This document shows positions 8,717 to 17,447 of a DNA stretch of 58,969 nt, one piece after another. The DNA is from a virus (lineage: Duplodnaviria > Caudoviricetes), in IMG/VR virus record IMGVR_UViG_3300032053_000085, positions 1 to 58,969 of that record; one strand, 5' to 3'. The notes below the pieces were generated by a model that was not told the DNA's origin, ran no database searches, and saw nothing but the letters and a program-made list of their open reading frames with translations. Both the position numbers and the translations under genes were made by a program. Every line of letters begins with the position of its first letter. Positions within the stretch are counted from its first letter, which is position 1.

Positions 8717-9983
8717 CTACCTAGTCGCTCCTATTTCTATGATGATGCCTGGAGTCTTCTCCGGGTCTGCTGGTCCCATCCTATATAAGGAACCGGACAT
8801 TAAGGCGTCTGTTACCGCCTGGAACGCGAAACCAATCACCATTGGGCACCCTGAGTTGCCCAATGGTGACAAAGTATCTGGATGCACGCCCGAATCTCTG
8901 GACCGTTTATCGGTCGGGATGATCTTCAACACCAAATACAATGCTCGCTCCAAAAAGTTACAAGCCGAAGCGTGGTTTGAAATCGATCGCTTCGCGCAAG
9001 TTGCCGGTGCGGACACGGTCCACACGGCCTTACTTGCGAATCAGAAGTTGGAAGTTAGCACAGGTCTTGTCGTCGAGGCGCTCGTAGCTAACGGAACCCA
9101 CGAAGGCAAGGATTTCGTTGCCACGGCAACGAATTACAAGCCCGATCACCTTGCCATCATTCTCGATGGGGAAGGTGCTTTCTCCCTTAAAGACGGTGCC
9201 GGGCTTCTCGTTAATAAGTCTACGAACCCAAAAGTACGTCCCGAACGCTCGATCAAGTTGGTCGGTAATGCGAAGTCACTTCTTGACCAAGTCGAGAACG
9301 TGACTGCGGCTATTCGCGCCAAGTACGAAGTCTGGTCACCAGATGGTCCTAATACATACGTGTATATCGAGGATATCACGTCATCTTACGTCATCTTCGA
9401 GTTGTACAACTCGAACGGCGACGAGCAGTACTATCAACAAAATTATGAAATTTCTGCTGGCGAAGTTACACTATTAGGAGAACTTATGCCAGTGACCAAA
9501 AAAGTCACCTACTCCGTTCAGAATAAGAAACAAGAAAACATGGAACGCAAAGAACTGATTTCTCGCCTTGGCGATTCGCACGCAGCCTTTATCACCAACA
9601 TGACCGACGAACAGTTCAAAGCAATCGAAGCGGTTGTTGCGAAGCCTGCCGAAGTCAAGGCCCCTGAAGTCTTGGTAGTCAATAGCTTAGACAAGCTTTT
9701 GACGCTAGCAGAGCCTGGCCTTGCCAATCAAGTCAAGGATGCGATGACTGCTGCTGAAGCCACCCGAACAGAATTGATTGACACCTTGGTGGCCAATCAA
9801 TCCCAATTTTCCAAAGAAGACCTCGCCTCGTTCTCCAGTACCATTCTCGGTAAGTTGGCCAAGGCGGTTGTTCCGGTACAAGCTCCAGCAAAGACCCCGG
9901 TCTATGCTGGTCAAGTTTTTGTAGGAAACGGCAAGGAAGTTGCTGTTACCGAAACCGGTTTCGCTCCACCTTCCACCCTCTAA
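8655..9983 (+). CDS. Prohead protease/scaffold (DUF2213-like)
   Basis: WNAKPITIGHP, EVSTG, PDHLAII; helical scaffold-like C-terminus; lies before the capsid genes. Confidence 0.85.
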   Translation: MEKLVANLSSKVRQETLQGRNYLVAPISMMMPGVFSGSAGPILYKEPDIKASVTAWNAKPITIGHPELPNGDKVSGCTPESLDRLSVGMIFNTKYNARSKKLQAEAWFEIDRFAQVAGADTVHTALLANQKLEVSTGLVVEALVANGTHEGKDFVATATNYKPDHLAIILDGEGAFSLKDGAGLLVNKSTNPKVRPERSIKLVGNAKSLLDQVENVTAAIRAKYEVWSPDGPNTYVYIEDITSSYVIFELYNSNGDEQYYQQNYEISAGEVTLLGELMPVTKKVTYSVQNKKQENMERKELISRLGDSHAAFITNMTDEQFKAIEAVVAKPAEVKAPEVLVVNSLDKLLTLAEPGLANQVKDAMTAAEATRTELIDTLVANQSQFSKEDLASFSSTILGKLAKAVVPVQAPAKTPVYAGQVFVGNGKEVAVTETGFAPPSTL

Positions 9984-10011
9984 TTCACGAAGCTGAAAGA
10001 CCCAGAGAACT

Positions 10012-10464
10012 ATGACAACCGCATTAGCACGTAAGATTGCAAAAGACACTTTCGAAGGACCACGAGTCGAGCGAACCATCGCAACTGGCCAGACTCTCAA
10101 GCCCGGTCACATGGTAATTATCAATTCGTCCGGTCAGTACACCGTCCAGGCTACGTCTGGCGGCGGTGACGCTCCCCAACTGATGCTTGAAGACAAGTGG
10201 CAAGGGGACGCTACCGCAGGCGGTGGTGTCGATAAGGCGTACACAGCAGGTAATACTGCTGAGGCCGAATATCCTCCAAAGGGATCGCTTCGATATGTTC
10301 GGGTGGCTACAGGCCAGACGATCGTCGTTGGCGACCAGTTGATTTTCAATGGTGCCGGTGCCTTGATTAAAACCACAGGCACACCTGTTCGAATCATCGC
10401 AACCTCCGAGGAAGCTATCACTACGGCGTCCGAACAACTCGTACTCGTCCGTATCGCTTCCTAA
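10012..10464 (+). CDS. Capsid decoration/cement protein
   Basis: 150-aa beta-rich G/T/A protein immediately before the major capsid gene. Confidence 0.7.
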   Translation: MTTALARKIAKDTFEGPRVERTIATGQTLKPGHMVIINSSGQYTVQATSGGGDAPQLMLEDKWQGDATAGGGVDKAYTAGNTAEAEYPPKGSLRYVRVATGQTIVVGDQLIFNGAGALIKTTGTPVRIIATSEEAITTASEQLVLVRIAS

Positions 10465-10493
10465 GACCTTAGAAAGAACCAGCAGAAACTAAA

Positions 10494-11597
10494 ATGGATA
10501 ACGTACAAATTCAAAGCGAACAAGCAGTAGTCGGTTCCGGTTCTATCGGTAGCCGCCTTCTAGCACACGGCGGAAACTACGACGCTTTGCGTCCATTCGT
10601 AGGTTCTGACGGTCGATCGTATATTTCCGTCGCGAACGGAAAGTTCAAGGAAGACGGCTCGCCCGTCTACGAAGCCCGAGTTGTCCACAATGCGGGCGCT
10701 GTTCTCTCGAAGAACGAATGGCAGTACCTTGATAATGTGTTGGTGAAAGTCGCCAAGCCCCGCCTCAAGTTGGTAAACTTGATGCGAGCAGGCGGAATGG
10801 CCCGAACCTTCCCACAGGCGTACAACCACTCGGTCTACCAATACGAACGAATCACCGACGTCGATGCGGCTTCGATCTCCATGTCGCCTAAGTCTCGCGG
10901 GACTAACGACCGTGCGGCTGTCGATATCGTCAACATGCCGTTGCCGATCATCCACAAGGAATTTAGTTTCGAGGCTCGCGAAATCGCGATCTCCCGAAAC
11001 AACGGACAGCCTTTGTCCACAGTGAACTTGGAGTTGGGTGCCGCTAGGGTAGCCGACGCCATCGAGTCTCTGGTTCTTGGAACCTGGGGAAGCTACACCT
11101 ACGGCGGCGGCGTCCTCTACGGTCTAACCAACTTCCCGAGCCGAACGACTGGCGGGTTCTTGAATCCTACCGTTAGCGGTTGGACTCCATTCATGCTCTA
11201 CAACTCTGTCATCAAGATGATGCAAGATGCGTTGGCCGTGAATCAGTTCGGTCCTTTCGACTTGTACTACAGCACTGGTTTGATGCAGTACATGCTTCGA
11301 ATGATGACTGATCAGTACGGATCGGGCTCGTTGCTCAAGAATATCAAGGAAATCCCGAACTTGGTCAATGTCGAAATGCTCGACTTCTTGACCGGTAACC
11401 AACTGTTGCTCGTACAACGAAACCCAGCTACGGCTTCGGTTCTCGTCGGCATGGACATGAAGTTGGTACAGTGGGTGTCCGACGGCGGCGAAACGGAAAA
11501 CTTCCGAATCATGGCGATGATCCTCCCATTGATTCAAACGGACGCTTCCAGCCAATGTGGCATCATCCACTATAGTGGAAATGCGACCACCGTCTAA
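10494..11597 (+). CDS. Major capsid protein, HK97 fold, encapsulin/Linocin_M18-like
   Basis: PLPIIHKEFSFEAREI..SR, AARVADAIESLVLG, YGLTNFPSR, GPFDLY; terminator follows. Confidence 0.9.
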   Translation: MDNVQIQSEQAVVGSGSIGSRLLAHGGNYDALRPFVGSDGRSYISVANGKFKEDGSPVYEARVVHNAGAVLSKNEWQYLDNVLVKVAKPRLKLVNLMRAGGMARTFPQAYNHSVYQYERITDVDAASISMSPKSRGTNDRAAVDIVNMPLPIIHKEFSFEAREIAISRNNGQPLSTVNLELGAARVADAIESLVLGTWGSYTYGGGVLYGLTNFPSRTTGGFLNPTVSGWTPFMLYNSVIKMMQDALAVNQFGPFDLYYSTGLMQYMLRMMTDQYGSGSLLKNIKEIPNLVNVEMLDFLTGNQLLLVQRNPATASVLVGMDMKLVQWVSDGGETENFRIMAMILPLIQTDASSQCGIIHYSGNATTV

Positions 11598-11623
11598 TTT
11601 CGGCGGTAGAATAGAAATCTCCT

Positions 11624-11651
11624 AAGCACCCGCAGTTGCGGGTGCTTTTTT
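11624..11651 (+). terminator. Intrinsic terminator after the major capsid gene
   Basis: AAGCACCCGCA-gt-TGCGGGTGCTT followed by TTTT. Confidence 0.88.
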
Positions 11652-11676
11652 GTGTCCTTAGAAAAACGAGTGTATC

Positions 11677-11889
11677 GTGGCAAAAAGTAAAGTAACTGCA
11701 GGCGAAGTAGAAGTCGATGGTGCCGCAACTGCCGCAGTATCGGAACCAGTGGCGAAAGCATTCCGATTTGAAGTCCTCGCAGGCGTCCATTACGTGGGCG
11801 ATGTGCCCTACGGAAAAGACTCCGTAGTAGCATCTGATGACGACCTTGTGGCAATCTCCGGCAATACTAAGTTCCGTCGGCTAGAATAA
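11677..11889 (+). CDS. Small hypothetical protein, possibly virion-associated
   Basis: 70-aa ORF with GTG start in the position after the capsid gene. Confidence 0.6.
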   Translation: MAKSKVTAGEVEVDGAATAAVSEPVAKAFRFEVLAGVHYVGDVPYGKDSVVASDDDLVAISGNTKFRRLE

Positions 11890-11896
11890 AAGCACT

Positions 11897-12178
11897 ATGG
11901 GAATCTTCAAGAAAAAACTGAATAACAAACTCAAATTGCTCGCAGTCCAAGTGGCCCGCGAGCATTTTGCCGCTGCGGGCGGAAATAAGGTAGAGTTCGA
12001 GCGACTCGTTCGCGGAGACTCGCGAGTCGCGATGATCGACCCTATGTTGATTATCCTGTTCATTAAGATTGCGTATCAGGTATTCGAGTACTTCCGCAAT
12101 CGGCCAGTAAATGGTGCCAGCACAGCCGTCGAAACCGACGTGGAAATCTACACAAATTCGTTAAGGTACGAGGAATAA
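11897..12178 (+). CDS. Small membrane protein
   Basis: Basic N-terminus and hydrophobic IDPMLIILFIKIAYQVF. Confidence 0.7.
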   Translation: MGIFKKKLNNKLKLLAVQVAREHFAAAGGNKVEFERLVRGDSRVAMIDPMLIILFIKIAYQVFEYFRNRPVNGASTAVETDVEIYTNSLRYEE

Positions 12179-12179
12179 A

Positions 12180-12497
12180 ATGGACCTGTCGAGCATTATT
12201 ACTATCATCGGCACCCTGATCGGCGGGTCAGGCGGCATTTGGCTGATCTGGACGTTCGTCAAGGGCAAGCTCCCGGCCAATCCTACGCGAGATAAAGTCA
12301 TCGAAGATATTCTTCGGCAGATCAATCGGCAGACTGTTCCGGCTGAAGGTCCATCGGTTCCCGATCGACCTACCGCTCTGCAATACTGCGAAGCAGTATT
12401 GCGGTATCTGGAAAAGAGTGAGACCAAGGCTGGCGTTGACGCCATGGTCAAAGTTATCTCCGAGATCGCAAATCCAAGCAAAGCAGCCAAGGAATAA
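12180..12497 (+). CDS. Membrane-anchored protein
   Basis: N-terminal TM segment IITIIGTLIGGSGGIWLIWTFV; GAGG RBS. Confidence 0.75.
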   Translation: MDLSSIITIIGTLIGGSGGIWLIWTFVKGKLPANPTRDKVIEDILRQINRQTVPAEGPSVPDRPTALQYCEAVLRYLEKSETKAGVDAMVKVISEIANPSKAAKE

Positions 12498-12503
12498 TCC
12501 CAA

Positions 12504-12893
12504 GTGGATAAACCATACGGACCAATTGCTGCCCTCGTTCTCGGGGGCATTTTGCTTGTGGGAGCGGGGCAGATGCCAAAGGCTGGCCCGGCACCCTCTG
12601 TAGCCTCCAATTTGGTGGGTACAACGCTCTTTTGCGTCACGGAGAAGTCTACGCCGTCCATTAACGAAACTATCGCCATACGCGATGCTAGGGCCTTCTG
12701 CGAGGCTAATAAGTTTGCCGGATTCCTTTACTTGGACGACGACGATCCGTCGATTCGACCGATGATCGTCGTGGGTGAGATCAAGAATATCCAGTCGCCT
12801 TTCCTGGCAGCCGGTAAAATAGAAAACGGCAAAGTCATCAAACTCGAACGTATCCGCAAGTGGGATACGGGATTATCGGACATACTCAAGTGA
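12504..12893 (+). CDS. Exported protein, possibly thioredoxin-like fold without CxxC
   Basis: Signal/TM peptide, Pro linker, alternating beta/alpha pattern with SPFL. Confidence 0.6.
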   Translation: MDKPYGPIAALVLGGILLVGAGQMPKAGPAPSVASNLVGTTLFCVTEKSTPSINETIAIRDARAFCEANKFAGFLYLDDDDPSIRPMIVVGEIKNIQSPFLAAGKIENGKVIKLERIRKWDTGLSDILK

Positions 12894-12898
12894 TCGAC

Positions 12899-13795
12899 AT
12901 GGAACGATTCATACTATCGGACGGAACCGAAGTCGGAACTGGACTTCAGCTACCTGACGCAGATTCTATTCGCGTATCGGCGGCTATGCCCATGTACGAC
13001 CCGAATCAGATTCTAGACCCTAAAGACATGGAAAAGTCCCTAGGCGGCGATAAGTACAAGACTTTTCGCCGACTACGCCAGCCTTTCGTTATCAACCAAG
13101 GCAGCCTCGGTAGCTGTAATGCCGCAGCTACGGTTGCGTGCTACCTAAATCGTCGATCGCTGGACGGTATGTCCTTCACGGCCCTATCCGTCAATCACCT
13201 ATATTCCAACATCAACGGCGGCCAGGACCAAGGCTCGCAGTTAGTCCACGGACTAACTGCTTCCGCAGAAAAAGGCGTCTCCCCGGTCGAAGTCCGAGTA
13301 AACGGGACGCTGACTAAGTTTCCGCTTAACGTCTACAACCGACGCCAAGTCAACTCTGCCCTCCTAAAGGCAGCAGACGAAGCGGCCAAAACATACGAAT
13401 CATTCGAAGCTTTTCGTGTTCCCACGACAAGCTACCAAGATTTTAAGATGACCATTGCCTCTGCTCTCGCTAGCGACCAGCAGTTGGTGATCGCATTGCA
13501 CGTAGGCAATGCGTTCATGAACCTCCGCAACGGTTACATCCAACAAGGAAACGGTGCCGGTAACCATGCTCTGTGCGTACACAGCGGTAAATGGGTAGGC
13601 GGTGAAGACCTTGTGCATCCAGATATTCAAAACTCCTGGGGACCGACGGTCAACCCGCTACTTGGACCTGTAAAGAGCCAAGGATGGGGAGATCAAGGCT
13701 TCGGGTTAATCACGATGAGCAGCCTGTGGCAATGTGCCAAATACCACGTATTCTGGGTATTCCCCGGAAACCGCTTAATCCCAGGTGCACGATGA
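12899..13795 (+). CDS. Papain-like (C1) cysteine peptidase
   Basis: NQGSLGSC (oxyanion Gln and catalytic Cys), NHAL (His), QNSWG (Asn), WGDQGF. Confidence 0.92.
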   Translation: MERFILSDGTEVGTGLQLPDADSIRVSAAMPMYDPNQILDPKDMEKSLGGDKYKTFRRLRQPFVINQGSLGSCNAAATVACYLNRRSLDGMSFTALSVNHLYSNINGGQDQGSQLVHGLTASAEKGVSPVEVRVNGTLTKFPLNVYNRRQVNSALLKAADEAAKTYESFEAFRVPTTSYQDFKMTIASALASDQQLVIALHVGNAFMNLRNGYIQQGNGAGNHALCVHSGKWVGGEDLVHPDIQNSWGPTVNPLLGPVKSQGWGDQGFGLITMSSLWQCAKYHVFWVFPGNRLIPGAR

Positions 13796-14439
13796 AATAC
13801 CTAAGTTTGATTTGCCTGCTTTTTGTAGCAGGATGCAACATAATCCCCAAGGCCGACGAGTCGATCATATTGCCAGAACCGGTAATTATCGACAAAGTCG
13901 ATCAAGTACCGTCTAAGCCGGTGCCCATGCCTGCACCGAAACAGGACAAACCGTCTGTTTTAGAACCGGAACAGCCGGTAAAAGTAGCGACAGTACCTAC
14001 CACCAAGGCAAACACAAAACACTGGTCGTATCCAGGATCAACGTCAGACGATGCTAATCGATCCAAACTACGTGTGCATCTAGCGGGAAAGCCGCATTAC
14101 TTATCTACTGAAGGTATGTCAGCAGTCCAGGTACTCGATCTACACGATGCTTTACATATCGCAGAACAGAACGGAACAGCCAGTACCACAGTAACGAGTA
14201 CAGTAACTAAAACGGCACCCGTTGTTCGTAGCACAGTGCAGCAGTATACGATCGCCAGTTGCGGTATCTGTAAATCTGATATGCGTGACGTCTTACCTAA
14301 CTGGACGCGACAAGGCTGGACAGTACTAGAACCGATCGACGAATCCGCGAATCCTCGCGGATTCTACCCGCGATACGAAATCCGTGGAGCAGATGGCTCA
14401 TTTCGGACCCACGTTGGAACACTAAAAAACTGGAAGTAA
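13792..14439 (+). CDS. Lipoprotein with C-terminal thioredoxin-like CxxC domain
   Basis: Lipobox FVAG-C; Pro-rich linker; His-rich LRVHL..PH..LHDALH; YTIASCGICK...YPRY. Confidence 0.75.
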   Translation: MKYLSLICLLFVAGCNIIPKADESIILPEPVIIDKVDQVPSKPVPMPAPKQDKPSVLEPEQPVKVATVPTTKANTKHWSYPGSTSDDANRSKLRVHLAGKPHYLSTEGMSAVQVLDLHDALHIAEQNGTASTTVTSTVTKTAPVVRSTVQQYTIASCGICKSDMRDVLPNWTRQGWTVLEPIDESANPRGFYPRYEIRGADGSFRTHVGTLKNWK

Positions 14440-14442
14440 GTA

Positions 14443-14829
14443 ATGGCAAGAACTACTGACGATCGGGTCGCACTGTTAATCCAGTACGACCGTACGTTTA
14501 TTACCGATCTTCAGCCGTTTATCGATGATGCTAGTCTCATCATCGATAACGTGGTAGCTATTGCGCCCTTACCGACCGATGCCCTCTTAGAACTCGTCGA
14601 GCGGTATCTTGCCGCCCACTTGGTTATGGTGACATCAGGCCAGGTTTCTATGGAAAAAGTCCGCTCCTTGCAAGTCCAATACGGAACTTTGCTGGACAAA
14701 GGCTTCGCCATCACACACTGGGGAACCACTGCCATGATGCTCGATACCACGGGCAGGCTGGCAGCTTTCAACACCCGCCTGATGCAAGGCGGCATAGGCA
14801 AGCAATTCTTCTGGGCCGGGACTGCATAA
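14443..14829 (+). CDS. Head-tail adaptor/connector
   Basis: LVERYLAAHL, T.WG..A..LD.TG.L; synteny. Confidence 0.75.
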   Translation: MARTTDDRVALLIQYDRTFITDLQPFIDDASLIIDNVVAIAPLPTDALLELVERYLAAHLVMVTSGQVSMEKVRSLQVQYGTLLDKGFAITHWGTTAMMLDTTGRLAAFNTRLMQGGIGKQFFWAGTA

Positions 14830-15173
14830 TGGGTATCATTACCAAAGCACAGAAACAAACCCTAGTCTACTGGCCGTATACCGGTGCCGATCTGTACGGG
14901 CAGCCGACTTACGGCACGCCCGTACAGATGACCTGCCGCTGGGACGATATGCTCAAGCAAGTCTACCAAATCGACGGCTCTCCAGTCTTCAGCAAAATCG
15001 AACTAATCACCCGGAAACGGCTAGAGCCCAAGGGTCTAGTCTGGAAAGGCGTCTTAGCCAAGTTCACGGCCACACTACGCCCAGACAACAGTACCGGCGT
15101 CCACGAAATCATTGCTGTATCCTCTACTCCGAATTTACGCAACACTGAAACCCTTTACGAGGCTTGGGCATAA
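14829..15173 (+). CDS. Head closure / head-tail joining protein
   Basis: D.YGQPTYGTP..CRW motif; synteny. Confidence 0.7.
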   Translation: MGIITKAQKQTLVYWPYTGADLYGQPTYGTPVQMTCRWDDMLKQVYQIDGSPVFSKIELITRKRLEPKGLVWKGVLAKFTATLRPDNSTGVHEIIAVSSTPNLRNTETLYEAWA

Positions 15174-15547
15174 TGGATATCGATTGGGAGAAACTAGGTT
15201 CTTTCGTCCAGGTAGTTGGCGTGCCCTTTGCCGTGCTATTGCTATTTGTAGGGCCTTTCGTTTATCTTATTTTCGGACTGGTCCGAAAATACGGTGCTCA
15301 GATCGCCGAGTCGCACATGGCATTCATGGAAACGGCATCCCAGACGCAAACAAAGAACGCCGATACACTTTCGCGATTAGAGGATGTGGTTGCCAAAAAG
15401 CACATCGATCACGTAGCTACGCATAGTGCCATCTATCTTATCGCATCGGCGGGTATCTCGCACTTAGATTCCGATCATGCAGCGGCTAGGGACAAACTCA
15501 CACAAGTCGGTCGCGTTCTATCTGCACAGGATCGAAAGAGCGAGTGA
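15173..15547 (+). CDS. Membrane protein, holin-like candidate
   Basis: N-terminal TM helix VGVPFAVLLLFVGPFVYLIFGLV and helical tail; TAATG coupling with the upstream gene. Confidence 0.55.
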   Translation: MDIDWEKLGSFVQVVGVPFAVLLLFVGPFVYLIFGLVRKYGAQIAESHMAFMETASQTQTKNADTLSRLEDVVAKKHIDHVATHSAIYLIASAGISHLDSDHAAARDKLTQVGRVLSAQDRKSE

Positions 15548-15915
15548 AATTCAAACTACAGGGCATCGCCGCCCTTACCAAGGCACTCAAGAAGTACGAT
15601 AAGGACGCCGGGCGGGCCTACGCCCGAGGTCTAGGAGGAGTGGCTAGGGCCATCTACGTCGACGCTGATTCCATGGTTCCAGTCGATACTGGTGCTCTCC
15701 GGGAGTCCGGGGACTATTGGATTGAAGGAACCGGCTGGAAATCAGTCGGTTACGTCGGTTACGGTTTTGCCGTCGAAGGATTCGCGCGTACCCCAGCCAA
15801 TTATGCCGTATTCCAGCACGACGAGCCATTTCTGCGAAAATGGCTCGAAGACGCTGTCGACAACCAAGCCGACGACGCTAGCTACCTCTTTTGGCAAGAA
15901 TTATCGTCCGTATGA
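15544..15915 (+). CDS. HK97 gp10-like neck/tail completion protein
   Basis: VPVDTGALRESG, YAVFQH, KWLE.A. Confidence 0.8.
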   Translation: MKFKLQGIAALTKALKKYDKDAGRAYARGLGGVARAIYVDADSMVPVDTGALRESGDYWIEGTGWKSVGYVGYGFAVEGFARTPANYAVFQHDEPFLRKWLEDAVDNQADDASYLFWQELSSV

Positions 15916-16301
15916 AAACTCCAGCCGAATACCTAGAACTCGTGATCCGTACCAAGTGTGCAGCGCTCGGCTACACACTTGCCATCGACCACATGCAGGA
16001 TAAACCCGACAAATTGATCGGGCTTATTAACGGAAAAGGTAAGTTACACCCCCGAAATCTCAACGGAAACCAGACTAAGTACGACTTGGTCGAGGTCCAC
16101 GTCCGGGGATTAGATTACGCCGATACCTCTGCCGTCCTCCCGACACTCTGGGAAGACGTGCTCAAAAACACGTATTTAACGTCCGCATACGGCAAAATTG
16201 TGCAGTGTATCAGTATGGCTAATACAATGGGATGCTTAGGACAAGAACCCCAGAATCGCCGGTGGCGATTCTGCCAAAACTTCTACATTACGGTGATATA
16301 A
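15912..16301 (+). CDS. Tail terminator protein
   Basis: Position; VHVRG, LGQE..NR.RF..NF. Confidence 0.7.
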   Translation: MKTPAEYLELVIRTKCAALGYTLAIDHMQDKPDKLIGLINGKGKLHPRNLNGNQTKYDLVEVHVRGLDYADTSAVLPTLWEDVLKNTYLTSAYGKIVQCISMANTMGCLGQEPQNRRWRFCQNFYITVI

Positions 16302-16305
16302 CCAA

Positions 16306-16764
16306 ATGCCAAATTCGATTCTAACAAATGGACACCGTACCCTCATTACTATCCAGGGCATCACGCCCCAGTTTGAGGAAGTTTCGGTAACGCCGCCCGG
16401 TATTAAAGCAGATGATCCGATAGAGCAGTCTAATATGCGGTCTGTTAATTACCGCACATTCCAGGGCGGGGCGTTGATGACTTTGAGCGAAATGACCGTG
16501 AAGGTCAATTATGCTGTCGGGGCCTTCTCCCTCTTGCTTCCGTTTATCCGCCAAAACCGATACGTCACAATTACGTTCTTCGACGGATCGAGTATCAGTC
16601 TTTACTGCATCATCACATCGTTCACGCCAGAAGAAACACAGACCAACGAGAAGCCGACCGCGACTCTTGTTCTGACCCCAAGCATGCTTACAACCAGTGA
16701 TCCACCAACGGCTACCGGCATCACTTATGCCACTGTTGCTGCGACCACTACTGTCGCTCCTTAA
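16306..16764 (+). CDS. Major tail tube protein
   Basis: VTPPG..DPIEQS, Thr-rich; precedes the chaperones and tape measure. Confidence 0.8.
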   Translation: MPNSILTNGHRTLITIQGITPQFEEVSVTPPGIKADDPIEQSNMRSVNYRTFQGGALMTLSEMTVKVNYAVGAFSLLLPFIRQNRYVTITFFDGSSISLYCIITSFTPEETQTNEKPTATLVLTPSMLTTSDPPTATGITYATVAATTTVAP

Positions 16765-16779
16765 TTTTAGAAAAGAACC

Positions 16780-17139
16780 ATGTCCAGTTTCAAATTCTCT
16801 GTCAAAACAAAGTCCGTCCCAGTGTATCTGGAAGACGGCGAAGGTGGCGAAGTCACCTACCAAATCCACCAACTCACTGGTGCCACAGCCGACGCTTTGC
16901 GTGCGGCCCAGGCAGCCAAGTTGGTGCTTGATTCCGAAGGTAACGTCAAGGAAATTAAGGACTTCACAGGTCAGTACACCGAGCTTTTAGCTCGGTGTCT
17001 GAAAGACCCCAAGGGCGAGCTTGTCGCACGCAACGTGCTCGAATCCTGGCCTGATGAAGCACTAAAGGGCCTGTATGACATCGCCGCTGACCTCAACGGG
17101 ATGAAACCCAAGGCCGCAGAGGCCGACCCAAAAAACTAA
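16780..17139 (+). CDS. Tail assembly chaperone (gpG-like)
   Basis: Ends PKN* on slippery A AAA AAC (17130-17136). Confidence 0.85.
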   Translation: MSSFKFSVKTKSVPVYLEDGEGGEVTYQIHQLTGATADALRAAQAAKLVLDSEGNVKEIKDFTGQYTELLARCLKDPKGELVARNVLESWPDEALKGLYDIAADLNGMKPKAAEADPKN

Positions 17140-17447
17140 TAACGGACGACGAGTACCTCTGGTACAAGTTGTCACACGAACTAGGCTGGCCACTCCAACT
17201 CGTTAAGGAACTCACGACCCTTGACGAGTTTGTAAAATGGCAAGCCTATTTTCATAGGCGAAAGCTAGAACACGAAAAACTGGATTGGTACTTAGCAAGT
17301 GTCGCACACACAGTTGCAGGAGCGCTCGGGGGATCAAAACTAGCCCTGGACAAATACCTGCTTCGCTTCGAAGCACCAGTAGTCAAAGTCCAAACCCCGG
17401 AAGAAAGCAAAGCCATTTGGTTGGCTAGCCTAGGAGTCCAAGTATGA
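17130..17447 (+). CDS. -1 frameshift extension of the tail chaperone (gpGT-like)
   Basis: The -1 frame is open from the slippery heptamer (LITDDEYLWYKLSHELGW...) to 17447, just before the tape measure gene. Confidence 0.85.
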   Translation, partial: KKLITDDEYLWYKLSHELGWPLQLVKELTTLDEFVKWQAYFHRRKLEHEKLDWYLASVAHTVAGALGGSKLALDKYLLRFEAPVVKVQTPEESKAIWLASLGVQV

